From: Marinilabiliaceae bacterium
GTDB taxonomy: Bacteria; Bacteroidota; Bacteroidia; Bacteroidales; VadinHA17
NCBI GenBank assembly: GCA_036350795.1
Contig: JAZBNV010000028.1
Location: forward strand, 5,235 to 69,234
Reading direction: 5' to 3'
Length of the DNA stretch: 64,000 bases
The notes beneath the pieces are model-generated. The model made no database searches. It was not told where the DNA came from and saw nothing but the letters and a program-made list of their open reading frames with translations. This document shows positions 17,336 to 27,006 of the stretch, piece after piece (positions within the stretch are counted from its first letter, which is position 1; every line of letters begins with the position of its first letter). A program made the translations under genes and the position numbers.

Positions 17336-20300
17336 GTGAAAGAGATTATACCTAATATAAGAATTCTGGTCCTGACGGCAGTTTTGTCCTTGTCGGCGGC
17401 TGGCATTTCTTCTGCTGGCTCTTCTTCGGTTAATAACTATGTTCATGTAAGCAGCCAGTCCGACACTCTTATAAAGTACATCAACAGGTTCAGAACTCTT
17501 CTTGCCAATCCCCAATCGCCGGATTGTGCTCAGATGTATTCAACTTTGTCTGCCACTTATAGTAATATTAGCAGGGAGGGCAGCGACACTTTTACACTGG
17601 CCAAATTGTCGGATATTGCAAGGTACTGCGGTTATTATGATTTCGTAAGTGGCGAATACGAAGAATCCAGGAAGTTCTATATGGATGTGCTGGATATTGA
17701 ACGATTGAAGGGGGATACTATAAGTGATAATTTTCTCGTGGCTTTATCGCAGATAGGACTTTCATATTTTAATGAGAAAAGGTTTAGTGAGAGTATAGGA
17801 CCATTACATAATTCTATAATAATCCGTGAAAGACTAGAAGGTGAAAACTCCTCTGGATTGGTAAGGTCCCTAATTATACTTTCTTCTGCCTATGTCGAAT
17901 TTCCTGCACTTGACCAGGCAGAGTCAGCAGCACGAAGAGGCATTGATTTAATATTTGCAACAGGGAGCCAAAATAATCAATTATGCAAGCTCTACTATAC
18001 ACTGGGCAGAGTATATAAAGAGAAAGGAGATTACAATACGGCAAAATCGTATCTCATGGAAGCGAGGACCAGCTTTTTTAATTACCAGAGCGACCCTGAG
18101 GTTCTGCTTTTGATAAATAATTTTAATGCAGTTATAGCAAAATTACTCAATGATACTACAGCAGCCCTAGATTCCTACAGAGATGCAATAGAATTTATTG
18201 AAACATATAATTATGCCGGGTCAACAGTGCCTGCTGTTTATTCAAATTACGGCTTTTACCTGGCCGAACTCGGCAGACTGGATGAAGCAGAATCCATGTT
18301 CCTGGATGCAATCGCCTGTAGCGAAAACAATTTTGGAGCATACAGCAGTTCAAATTTGCGCGAACGGGAAAACTATGCTGATTTTCTCTTTGACAGCCGT
18401 AAGAATTACAGTAAGGCTGAAGCGATCTATTCAGATTTGTTTAGCCGGATAGAGTCTGTTAATGATATAGAATCACTTACATATGTTTGCCAGGGCTATG
18501 CGGAAGTAAAGTCATACGAAAAGGATTTTGAGGCAGCTCTGGATTTATATTACATGGTTGATAAGCGCCAGGATGAAATGTCTCCATTAGACAGGGCATA
18601 CTACCTGCAGGGGCGGGGTGAAGTATTTCTTGACTATTACCTTCACTCCGATTCACTGAGTCTTCTTTCAGATGCACTCAGGGACTTCGATCTTGCAATG
18701 AATATTATTGATTCCTCCAAACTTGACCTCAATGTTGAGGCAAGCAGGCTGAATTTAACCGGCAGGTTTGATTTCTTTTCTGACAAGGCAATCAGGTCTG
18801 CTATTCTTCTCTACAATAAAACCCTGGACAGGTCTTACCTGGATAAGGCTTTTTCCTATTCAGAGAAATCAAGGGCCTCAACCCTGCTGGCTGCAACCAG
18901 GGAATCAAGGGCTATGAAATTTAATATCCCTGACAGCCTCCTGTTCAATGAAAGAGTATTATCAAGCAAGATAAAGGAGCTTGATGCAAGGATATTCACA
19001 GAAAAAGGCAGGGAGAGAGTAAATACCGGGGTTCTCACAGAACTGGAAAGCAGCAGGCTGGATGTATTTACAGAAAGAGAAAGGCTGGTGGATCATTTTG
19101 AAAGAGAATATCCTGATTACTACAGGCTAAAGCACAATACCAGGGTTGCCCAACCACAGGAAATTGTGAAACATATTGGCCGAAAAATGAACTTTATTGA
19201 ATACTATACCACAGACTCGACCATTTATATATTTGTAATAAACAGGGATGGAAGTCATATAGAAAGTGTGGAGATAGACAGCTCTTATAATAATATTATC
19301 AGGCAATTCAGAAGCGACCTGGTAAACCCTGTTTTTGAAAACGGTGTAAGAGACCAGTTTTCAAGGATTGTAAGCTCTGCTTACTACCTCTACAGTAAAT
19401 TAATTAAACCTGTTGAAGCTTACCTTGTATCTGATAAATTGCTGATTGCAGGTGATGAGCTCCTGGCATATATACCCTTCGAAGCCCTTGTGACAGATAC
19501 TGCAGGTATTTCTGCCGTGAATTACAGGAATCTTGCATTTCTATTCAGGGACTACGATATAGAATATACTTATTCGGCTACCTTACTGCTCGAAAATCCC
19601 GGTAAGGGGAAAAGTATATACAATAATGCCCTGGTTTTTGCACCCGGCTACGGCGGCGGATTATCTTCTGATTCAATAATGATATCGCGTCAGACTGAGA
19701 GGGAAGAACTGAAGGACATCCAGGGGGCTAAAGAAGAAGCCATTTATATAAGTGAGCTGCTTGGAGGGGATCTTTATATTGACACGGATGCAACTGAGGC
19801 CAATTTCATAAGAAAATGCAGCAAGCCCGCTGTTATTCACCTTGCAATGCATACCCTGATGAACGATATGGAACCCATGTTTTCAAGGATGGTTTTTTCT
19901 CTTAATGATTCTGTGGAGGATGGCCTTTTAAATACTTACGAGGTATACGATCTTGAGCTTGATGCAAAGATGGTCGTGCTTTCATCCTGTAATACAGGGA
20001 CGGGTTACCTCAGCAAGGGAGAAGGAGTTATAAGTCTTGCAAGGAGTTTTATGTTTGCCGGAGCACCAACGGTTGTTATGTCGCTGTGGGAAGTTGATGA
20101 TCAATCCGGAACAGATATTATAAAAACATTCTATAAACATTTAAAACAGGGCAGAAGTAAAAGTGAGTCATTGAGGAAGGCGAGAAAGAAATACCTTGCA
20201 AATGCAGGGCAGATGCATTCACATCCCTACTTCTGGTGCTCGCTGGTAATCCTGGGAGAAGACGAAGCTATATTCTTTAAGCTGAACAGGGTTTTTATTA

Positions 20301-20362
20301 TATCGGGAATTATTCTCCTGGTAATTGGAGGCATTTTTTATCGTAAGCTGTATCCTTCATAA
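17336..20362 (+). CDS. Exported TPR-CHAT (caspase/separase-like) cysteine protease with C-terminal membrane anchor
   Basis: N-terminal signal peptide; many TPR helices; CHAT motifs LAYIPFEAL, IHLAMH, VVLSSCNTG, VMSLWEVDD and HPYFW; C-terminal TM 'VFIISGIILLVIGGIFY'. Confidence 0.92.
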   Translation: MKEIIPNIRILVLTAVLSLSAAGISSAGSSSVNNYVHVSSQSDTLIKYINRFRTLLANPQSPDCAQMYSTLSATYSNISREGSDTFTLAKLSDIARYCGYYDFVSGEYEESRKFYMDVLDIERLKGDTISDNFLVALSQIGLSYFNEKRFSESIGPLHNSIIIRERLEGENSSGLVRSLIILSSAYVEFPALDQAESAARRGIDLIFATGSQNNQLCKLYYTLGRVYKEKGDYNTAKSYLMEARTSFFNYQSDPEVLLLINNFNAVIAKLLNDTTAALDSYRDAIEFIETYNYAGSTVPAVYSNYGFYLAELGRLDEAESMFLDAIACSENNFGAYSSSNLRERENYADFLFDSRKNYSKAEAIYSDLFSRIESVNDIESLTYVCQGYAEVKSYEKDFEAALDLYYMVDKRQDEMSPLDRAYYLQGRGEVFLDYYLHSDSLSLLSDALRDFDLAMNIIDSSKLDLNVEASRLNLTGRFDFFSDKAIRSAILLYNKTLDRSYLDKAFSYSEKSRASTLLAATRESRAMKFNIPDSLLFNERVLSSKIKELDARIFTEKGRERVNTGVLTELESSRLDVFTERERLVDHFEREYPDYYRLKHNTRVAQPQEIVKHIGRKMNFIEYYTTDSTIYIFVINRDGSHIESVEIDSSYNNIIRQFRSDLVNPVFENGVRDQFSRIVSSAYYLYSKLIKPVEAYLVSDKLLIAGDELLAYIPFEALVTDTAGISAVNYRNLAFLFRDYDIEYTYSATLLLENPGKGKSIYNNALVFAPGYGGGLSSDSIMISRQTEREELKDIQGAKEEAIYISELLGGDLYIDTDATEANFIRKCSKPAVIHLAMHTLMNDMEPMFSRMVFSLNDSVEDGLLNTYEVYDLELDAKMVVLSSCNTGTGYLSKGEGVISLARSFMFAGAPTVVMSLWEVDDQSGTDIIKTFYKHLKQGRSKSESLRKARKKYLANAGQMHSHPYFWCSLVILGEDEAIFFKLNRVFIISGIILLVIGGIFYRKLYPS

Positions 20363-20907
20363 TCTTCAAAGTCAGGATCAGCTTTAATAAGTTTGATAAG
20401 CTCTTCTTTACAGAGATATTTCTTTCTCCTTGCATAGGCAACACTTTTATAGCCCATTTCCCTCGCAATCTCTTCGTAAGTTTTTCCCTCCAGGTGCATG
20501 GTAAGAACTTTCTGACTTTCTGCTGGCAGTATAAGGAAAGCCCTCTGGACTATCTGTTCAATGGGTGTATCAAGAAGTTTCTCAAGCTCAGATTCATCCA
20601 TTATATCCTGATCATAATCGCTTTGCTCTTTCTTAAGCCTTAACTGGTTTGACCACAGGTTGCGGGCAATACCAAATACATATCCCTTGAGATCACAGCT
20701 TAGTTCAACTCCGTTGTGCTGGAATTTCTTAAATACCACCATCAGCGCATCCTGGAATACATCAAAAGCATCCGCCTCAGTTCCACTATTCTTAGTAATA
20801 TAAGATTTAACGGTACTGAAATAATTCTGGTAGAGGTAATTAAGTGTTTTGTCATCCCCCTTTCTTAAACCCTCAACCAGCTGTTTATCTGAGTGCTTCC
20901 TGAACAC
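20338..20907 (-). CDS. ECF-type sigma-70 factor
   Basis: Region 2 'DAFDVFQDALM...YVFGIARNLW' and region 4 'KTYEEIAREMG'; TATATTTG box upstream (20928-20935, minus). Confidence 0.92.
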   Translation of the reverse strand: MFRKHSDKQLVEGLRKGDDKTLNYLYQNYFSTVKSYITKNSGTEADAFDVFQDALMVVFKKFQHNGVELSCDLKGYVFGIARNLWSNQLRLKKEQSDYDQDIMDESELEKLLDTPIEQIVQRAFLILPAESQKVLTMHLEGKTYEEIAREMGYKSVAYARRKKYLCKEELIKLIKADPDFEDYEGYSLR

Positions 20908-21047
20908 TTTTTCTGAAGATTATATGACAAATATAGTATTTCCAAATAATATTACTCATCCTCAGGGCCAATTGCTGGCTTGCATAAGCCAGGTTTGCTT
21001 ACATTTAAATAATAGATATCTTTACTTTTTAATTGAAAATAACAGGA

Positions 21048-23234
21048 ATGTCTTTCCCTTTTGTACAGCAACCTGATGCTATGGATTGCGGACCCAGCTG
21101 CCTTAAAATGATAGCAGCATATTATGGTCGCGACCTTTCCCTGGCTAATCTCAGGGATACTTCATTTATTACGAGGGAAGGTGTGTCATTTCTCGGGCTT
21201 TCTGAAGCTGCAGAATCAGCCGGATTCAGAACTATAGGGGTAAGGATAGACTTTGAGAAGTTAAGGAACGACACCCCCTTGCCATGCATAGTTCATTACA
21301 GGCAAAATCATTTTGTTGTGGTGTACAGGATCAGGGGAGAGAAGGTATATATTGCTGATCCTGCTACAGGGAAGTTGATAGTGTCTAAAAGTGAATTTGA
21401 GAAGCACTGGGGCACTACCACCGTTGATTCACAACGTCAGGGGCTCGTACTGATTCTTCAGCCTTCCCCCAAATTTTATGAAGCTGAAGATGTCAGAAGC
21501 CAGGAGAAGGGGTTCAGGTTCCTCCTGAAATATGTCAGGCTCTACAGGAAGTTCTTTATCCAGTTACTTATCGGGCTGATAATCGGGAGCTTTATACAGC
21601 TGCTTCTGCCTTTTCTTACACAATCTGTAATTGATATAGGTATAAACACAGGGGATATAAAATTTATCTACCTGATACTCTTTGCCCAGCTGGCTCTTGT
21701 GGTCGGAAGAATGTCTGTCGATTTTATCAGAAGCTGGTTGCTGCTTCATATTGCAACCAGGGTAAATGTCTCTGTTATCTCAGGTTTCCTGTACAAACTG
21801 ATGTCGCTTCCCATCTCTTTCTTCGATACCAGGCTAACCGGTGACCTTTTGCAGAGGATAGATGATAATAACAGGATTGAAACTTTTTTTACCACAACCA
21901 CCCTTAACGTATTGTTCTCCTTTATCAATATCTTAATATTTGGTATCGTTTTAGCTATCTATGATATAAGGATATTGTTGCTCTTCGTGGCCGGAACAGG
22001 GCTCTATATTGCCTGGGTCCTGTTATTTATGAAGGCCAGATCGCGCCTCGACCACATCAGGTTTGCCCAGATGTCAGAGAACAACAGTAAGCTTATCGAA
22101 ATAATAAACGGGATGCAGGAGGTTAAGCTTACCCAGAGCGAAAGGAGTAAAAGGTGGGACTGGGAGAATCTCCAGGCAAAGCTGTTTAAAACCAAAGTAA
22201 AGGCTTTGAGTTTGTTGCAGTACCAGCAGGCAGGAGGGAGGCTGATAAATGAGGTAAGTAATATTTTGATTACGATTTTATCGGCCACTGCTGTAATTTC
22301 GGGCGACATTACACTGGGTGCCATGCTTGCTATCCAGTTTATTATCGGCCAGCTGAATACCCCGGTAAGTCAGATAACAAACTTTATACGAACTGCACAG
22401 GATGCCAGGATAAGTCTCGACCGGCTTGCTGAAGTACATGCTAAAGAGGAGGAGGAGAGCGCATCCGATATGAAAGTGCAGAACCTGCCCGCGGCCAGGG
22501 ATATTTATATTAATAATCTTTCATTCCAGTACGAAGGACCAAGATCGCCCTTTGTACTTAAAAATATTGACCTTGTTATCCCTAATAATAAGGTCACTGC
22601 CATTGTTGGTCCAAGTGGTAGCGGAAAAACTACCCTGCTTAAACTGATAATGGGATTTTACAAGCCTGTAGAGGGTGAAATAGTGATCGGAGATACCCTG
22701 CTTCCAAACCTGAGCGTTAAACTATGGAGGAGTAAATGTGGTGTTGTAATGCAGGATGGCTTTATCTTTCCTGACACAATTGCTTATAATATAGCACCCG
22801 GAATTGATATTATCGACCAGGACCGTTTCCTGAGAGCGGTTGATATTGCAAATATCAGGGGATTTCTTGAATCCCTCCCGCTAAGCTACAATACAAGGAT
22901 AGGGAACGATGGCAAGGGACTCAGCCAGGGACAGAAGCAAAGAATACTGATTGCACGTGCTGTTTATAAGGATCCGGAATACCTGTTTTTCGATGAAGCA
23001 ACCAATTCACTCGACGCAAATAATGAAAAGGTTATTACCGGTAATCTGAATTCTTTCTACTCGGGAAAAACCGTTATTGTTGTTGCGCACAGGCTCAGTA
23101 CTGTCAGAGAAGCTGATAATATTGTAGTTCTCGATGGCGGACGGATAGTAGAACAGGGAAGTCACGAGGATCTTGTAAGGAGCAAAGGCTCATATTTTAA
23201 CCTGATAAAGAACCAGCTGGAGCTGGGTACATAA
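21048..23234 (+). CDS. Peptidase-containing ABC transporter (PCAT: C39 peptidase + TMD + NBD)
   Basis: QPDAMDCGPSCL (catalytic Cys), NHFVV (His), IADP (Asp); Walker A GPSGSGKT, LSQGQKQR, FFDEATN. ATG at 21048 is preferred over TTG at 21033. Confidence 0.96.
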   Translation: MSFPFVQQPDAMDCGPSCLKMIAAYYGRDLSLANLRDTSFITREGVSFLGLSEAAESAGFRTIGVRIDFEKLRNDTPLPCIVHYRQNHFVVVYRIRGEKVYIADPATGKLIVSKSEFEKHWGTTTVDSQRQGLVLILQPSPKFYEAEDVRSQEKGFRFLLKYVRLYRKFFIQLLIGLIIGSFIQLLLPFLTQSVIDIGINTGDIKFIYLILFAQLALVVGRMSVDFIRSWLLLHIATRVNVSVISGFLYKLMSLPISFFDTRLTGDLLQRIDDNNRIETFFTTTTLNVLFSFINILIFGIVLAIYDIRILLLFVAGTGLYIAWVLLFMKARSRLDHIRFAQMSENNSKLIEIINGMQEVKLTQSERSKRWDWENLQAKLFKTKVKALSLLQYQQAGGRLINEVSNILITILSATAVISGDITLGAMLAIQFIIGQLNTPVSQITNFIRTAQDARISLDRLAEVHAKEEEESASDMKVQNLPAARDIYINNLSFQYEGPRSPFVLKNIDLVIPNNKVTAIVGPSGSGKTTLLKLIMGFYKPVEGEIVIGDTLLPNLSVKLWRSKCGVVMQDGFIFPDTIAYNIAPGIDIIDQDRFLRAVDIANIRGFLESLPLSYNTRIGNDGKGLSQGQKQRILIARAVYKDPEYLFFDEATNSLDANNEKVITGNLNSFYSGKTVIVVAHRLSTVREADNIVVLDGGRIVEQGSHEDLVRSKGSYFNLIKNQLELGT

Positions 23235-24550
23235 TGAATTACAGGAAACACGAAATAAGGGACTCATCTCCGGTAGAGGCTATAATAGGTAAGCCCCCGG
23301 GGGCAATTGTAAGATGGGGAATAACAATTATTGCTCTTGTTATAGTATTCGCTTTAGCTGCATCCTGGTATATTGAGTATCCATATACTGTAAGCGGTAA
23401 GCTTACTATAAGCTCTTCAAACCCGCCTGCCACACTTATGGCCCAGACCTCGGGTCGTATTGAAGAATTCTTTGTAAGCGAAGGACAGAAGGTTCACGAA
23501 AATGATATTCTTGCATTGATTCAAAGCTCTGCAAGCCTCGAAGATGTTACCAGCCTGTATAATATTATTAAGCTTACCGGGATAAATGTATCGGGCGATA
23601 CAGGGGCAAGGAATCTTAGCCTTTTTCCTGATAATATGGAGCTGGGCGAACTGCAAATGGTCTATTCTGCTTTCAGGTCAGCCTATATGAGTTATATAAA
23701 CCATATTGAAGTAGATTATTATGGGAAGAAGATTTCTGCACTTAATACCGAGATCAGCAGCATTGATCAATATATAGCAAGTCTTAACAGGAAGAAACTA
23801 CTGTTTGAAAAGAGAGTTTCACTTGCGGAAACAGAACATAGCAGAATGCTTGTGTTTATAAATGATTCTTTGATCTCACCCCAGGAAATTGAAGACTCTG
23901 AAAAGAAATTACTGCAGGATAAAATTGACCTTGAACAGGTTCAACAGGAAATAAATGCAAAAATAATTGAAAAGCAAACCCGGCTGCGCGACCTTGAAGA
24001 TTTTAAAGCTGCCAGGGAAAATGAGGTAAGGGAAAAATGGACCAGGCTGGAAGAAGAAAGACTTAAACTGGAGGGAGAACTTAGTTCATGGTTTTTGGAG
24101 CACCTTATTGCATCACCGATAAATGGCAGGGTTACCTTCTCTGATTACTGGGGAGAAAACCAGTCTGTAAAAGAAGGTGATATCGTAATGACCGTTATAC
24201 CCGATGGAGAAAACCGGACAGTAGGTCGCATGCAACTGCCAATGAGAGGATCGGGCAGGGTTGAACCCGGTCAGAAAGTTATCGTTAAGCTCGAATCATA
24301 TCCGTATATACAATATGGTATTCTGGAGGGCAGGATTGAAACAATTTCACTTGTTGCAAATGAAGAAAGATATGTTGCAGATATAGAATTTCCCAGGGGA
24401 CTTGTTACAGGAACAGGCAAGGAGCTTATATTCTCGCAGAATATGTCAGGAAATGCAGAGGTGGTTACCGAGAAAATGAAACTGATTGAACGTATTATAT
24501 ATCCACTGCGCTACCTTATTGAGCGTAATCGTATGCTCTCGGGCAACTAG
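23234..24550 (+). CDS. HlyD-family membrane fusion protein
   Basis: N-terminal TM, lipoyl-like 'SGRIEEFFVSEGQKV', long coiled coil and 'YPYIQYGILEG'; translationally coupled to the PCAT. Confidence 0.93.
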   Translation: MNYRKHEIRDSSPVEAIIGKPPGAIVRWGITIIALVIVFALAASWYIEYPYTVSGKLTISSSNPPATLMAQTSGRIEEFFVSEGQKVHENDILALIQSSASLEDVTSLYNIIKLTGINVSGDTGARNLSLFPDNMELGELQMVYSAFRSAYMSYINHIEVDYYGKKISALNTEISSIDQYIASLNRKKLLFEKRVSLAETEHSRMLVFINDSLISPQEIEDSEKKLLQDKIDLEQVQQEINAKIIEKQTRLRDLEDFKAARENEVREKWTRLEEERLKLEGELSSWFLEHLIASPINGRVTFSDYWGENQSVKEGDIVMTVIPDGENRTVGRMQLPMRGSGRVEPGQKVIVKLESYPYIQYGILEGRIETISLVANEERYVADIEFPRGLVTGTGKELIFSQNMSGNAEVVTEKMKLIERIIYPLRYLIERNRMLSGN

Positions 24551-25524
24551 GGCCGCTGCTCAAAACAGTCGGTGCAAACAGCGGATGATTTATCTGAGAA
24601 CTTCTCCAGCTCCCTGTAGTATTTTTCTCTTGCTTCAGATGCCTCCTCTTTACCTGTAAGTTTAAGTTTAACTTCTGTACCTGCCCTGATCTGCCCCAGT
24701 TTATACATATCGGCATGGATAATATTTGCAAACTGGGGATATCCTCCAATGGTCTGGCAATCGCTGCCCATTATTATTGGCTTTCCATCAGGAGGGACCT
24801 GTATAGTGCCAGGATGAACTGCATAGCTGAGTATCTGCCTTCCCGGAATTGCGCCGGGGTCACTTCCTTCGAGCCGGATACCCATCCTGTTTGACTGCGG
24901 AGATACGCTAAACTCCCGGCCCAGCAAACTATTTCTTATTTTCTCCGGAAACATATCAAAATTAACTCCTTCTGTAACTCTTAATACCATTTTATCAGGG
25001 AAAGAGGGGATTGAACCTGCGGGTGCAGATCTCTTTTTCAGCACGTTTAAAACTGAAGGATAAAGTGGAATAATGTCGTTCTTTTCGAGCATCCTTCCCC
25101 TGTAGCCTCCAAGTCCGGCCGGAATATATGTTGACATGCTGCCAAGTACTGGATCGATCCTGAAACCACCGGAGATAGCAAGGTAATTTCGCATGCCGCT
25201 GGCCAGTTTATCAATCCTCAGCCGGTCACCCTTCGATGCTCTTACAGCTTTCCAGCATTCTATTTTTTTATTTCCCAGTATAACTTCTGCTTTACCCCCT
25301 GTTATTGAAAACACCGCCGTCGACAGGAATTCAATTTCAAGGCCATGGAATATCGATTCAATTACAGCTTCACCCGGGGTGTTCCTTACCAGCCAGTTAG
25401 CAACAATATACGAATATTCGTCCATGGCACCTGCTGAAGGTAAGCCATACTCCCTGTATCCAAACCTTCCTTTATCCTGGATTGAAGCACCAAAACCCTT
25501 ATCTGTAATTATTATTCCTTTCAT
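24547..25524 (-). CDS. pxpC: 5-oxoprolinase subunit C
   Basis: IQDKGRFGY, GAMD, SNRMGIRL, GTIQVPPDG and QTIGGYP motifs. Confidence 0.9.
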   Translation of the reverse strand: MKGIIITDKGFGASIQDKGRFGYREYGLPSAGAMDEYSYIVANWLVRNTPGEAVIESIFHGLEIEFLSTAVFSITGGKAEVILGNKKIECWKAVRASKGDRLRIDKLASGMRNYLAISGGFRIDPVLGSMSTYIPAGLGGYRGRMLEKNDIIPLYPSVLNVLKKRSAPAGSIPSFPDKMVLRVTEGVNFDMFPEKIRNSLLGREFSVSPQSNRMGIRLEGSDPGAIPGRQILSYAVHPGTIQVPPDGKPIIMGSDCQTIGGYPQFANIIHADMYKLGQIRAGTEVKLKLTGKEEASEAREKYYRELEKFSDKSSAVCTDCFEQRP

Positions 25525-26240
25525 TCCAGGATTTCCTTCCTTACAGAATAATGGCCGGATCTCAGGTCTTCGGCAATATTAAAATATTCATCAAGACTGA
25601 CAGCTTCGAATTTAATATAAGAACCGGCTCTGAACAGAAATGGTTCTTTCTGCGAGAAGTCAAATAAACTCAGGGGAGTTTTACCAATTATCTGCCATCC
25701 GCCTGGCGATTCCAGTGGATATATACCTGTTTGATCGCCGGCAATTCCTACACTTCCAGCCTTAATCTTAAGAACCGGAGTTTCCTTCCTGGGAAAGGCT
25801 ATCCTCTTATCCATGCCTCCAAGGTAGGGGAACCCGGGCGTAAAGCCAAGCATATAAATTCTATAGGGCTTTTCGGAGTGTATCCTGATAAATTCTTCTT
25901 CCGGCAGTCCTTTCTCTTTTGCAATATACTCAAGATCAGGACCATACGCTCCTCCATAAGATACTGGAACATAAATAACAGTTTTTTCATTCCTATGCAG
26001 GTTTTCCTGCAGTTTATGCAGATGCCCTGAGATTTTTCCTCTTATTTCCGCCAGAGTGGTACTGGCATTGTTAAAATAGACCATCAACCCGGTATATGAG
26101 GGGACTGATTCAATATATCCCTTTATACCTGATGCACGTAAGGCAAGGTGTAAGTCAATAATGCTTTCGGATATTGTTTCATCTATACTGTTACCAAAGC
26201 TACAAAAGACAGCTGATTCGCCGGAAGGTATAAATTCCAT
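25521..26240 (-). CDS. pxpB: 5-oxoprolinase subunit B
   Basis: YGPDL, LGFTPGFPYLG and GIYPLESPGGWQIIG motifs. Confidence 0.92.
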   Translation of the reverse strand: MEFIPSGESAVFCSFGNSIDETISESIIDLHLALRASGIKGYIESVPSYTGLMVYFNNASTTLAEIRGKISGHLHKLQENLHRNEKTVIYVPVSYGGAYGPDLEYIAKEKGLPEEEFIRIHSEKPYRIYMLGFTPGFPYLGGMDKRIAFPRKETPVLKIKAGSVGIAGDQTGIYPLESPGGWQIIGKTPLSLFDFSQKEPFLFRAGSYIKFEAVSLDEYFNIAEDLRSGHYSVRKEILE

Positions 26241-26252
26241 ACAGGCACTAAT

Positions 26253-26993
26253 TTATCTGGCTCTTATAATATAAGCCCGTGAATTAATTTCTTTTCTGAG
26301 ATTCTCTGCAAAAACAAGGGCTTCACGGTTATCCCCGTGTAAGCATATTGTTTCTGCCACAATATCTATATAATCACCTTTTATGCTTTTAACCTTCCCT
26401 TCTTCCAGCATTGTTATCACCCTCCCGATACACTCATTAACATCATGTATTACAGCTCCCTCAATATTCCTGTCAACCAGTGAGCCATCATTATTATAGG
26501 CCCTGTCGGCAAATACCTCCGATACAAAGTCCAGACCACTTTCCCTGCATGCCTTTTCCAGTTCACTCTTCCATGGTCCGAATACCTTTGCTCCCGGGCA
26601 GGTCTTTTTTATGGCAGTAATAATTGCCCTGGCGGTAGTGATATCTTTCGCTGCCATATTATACAGGGCTCCATGTGCTTTAACATGCTTAAGTACAGCT
26701 CCTGATAATGATACAATTCCGGATAGTGATCCTAACTGGTAAGCTGTAATAATTTGCAGCTCAGCAGGCGACATTTTTATTGGCTTCCTCCCGAATCCTT
26801 CCCTGTCAGGAAAGCCCGGGTGGGCTCCAATTGATACACCGGCCTTAAGGGCCAGCTTAACGGTTTTATACATCAGAGCAGGTGATCCGGCGTGCAAGCC
26901 ACATGCAATATTGGCAGAGCTGATATGCTTCATCAGGTCCTTATCCATCATAAATCCCTCACCAACATCCGCATTAAGATCAATTTGTTTCAT
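26253..26993 (-). CDS. pxpA: 5-oxoprolinase subunit A (LamB/YcsF)
   Basis: IDLNADVGE, SANIACGLHAG, HVKAHGALYN, EVFADR and CLHGD motifs. Confidence 0.93.
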   Translation of the reverse strand: MKQIDLNADVGEGFMMDKDLMKHISSANIACGLHAGSPALMYKTVKLALKAGVSIGAHPGFPDREGFGRKPIKMSPAELQIITAYQLGSLSGIVSLSGAVLKHVKAHGALYNMAAKDITTARAIITAIKKTCPGAKVFGPWKSELEKACRESGLDFVSEVFADRAYNNDGSLVDRNIEGAVIHDVNECIGRVITMLEEGKVKSIKGDYIDIVAETICLHGDNREALVFAENLRKEINSRAYIIRAR

Positions 26994-27006
26994 ATTGTAC
27001 CTGAAT

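Noticed and set aside
17336-20907. CHAT + sigma as a CRISPR type III-E or anti-phage caspase system
   Set aside because: There are no cas genes, array, gasdermin or NLR-type ATPase in the window, and the protease is predicted to be exported.
16954-24550. Classical bacteriocin or lanthipeptide cluster
   Set aside because: There is no maturase or immunity gene, and the core is acidic and Cys-free. It is not fully excluded if enzymes act in trans.
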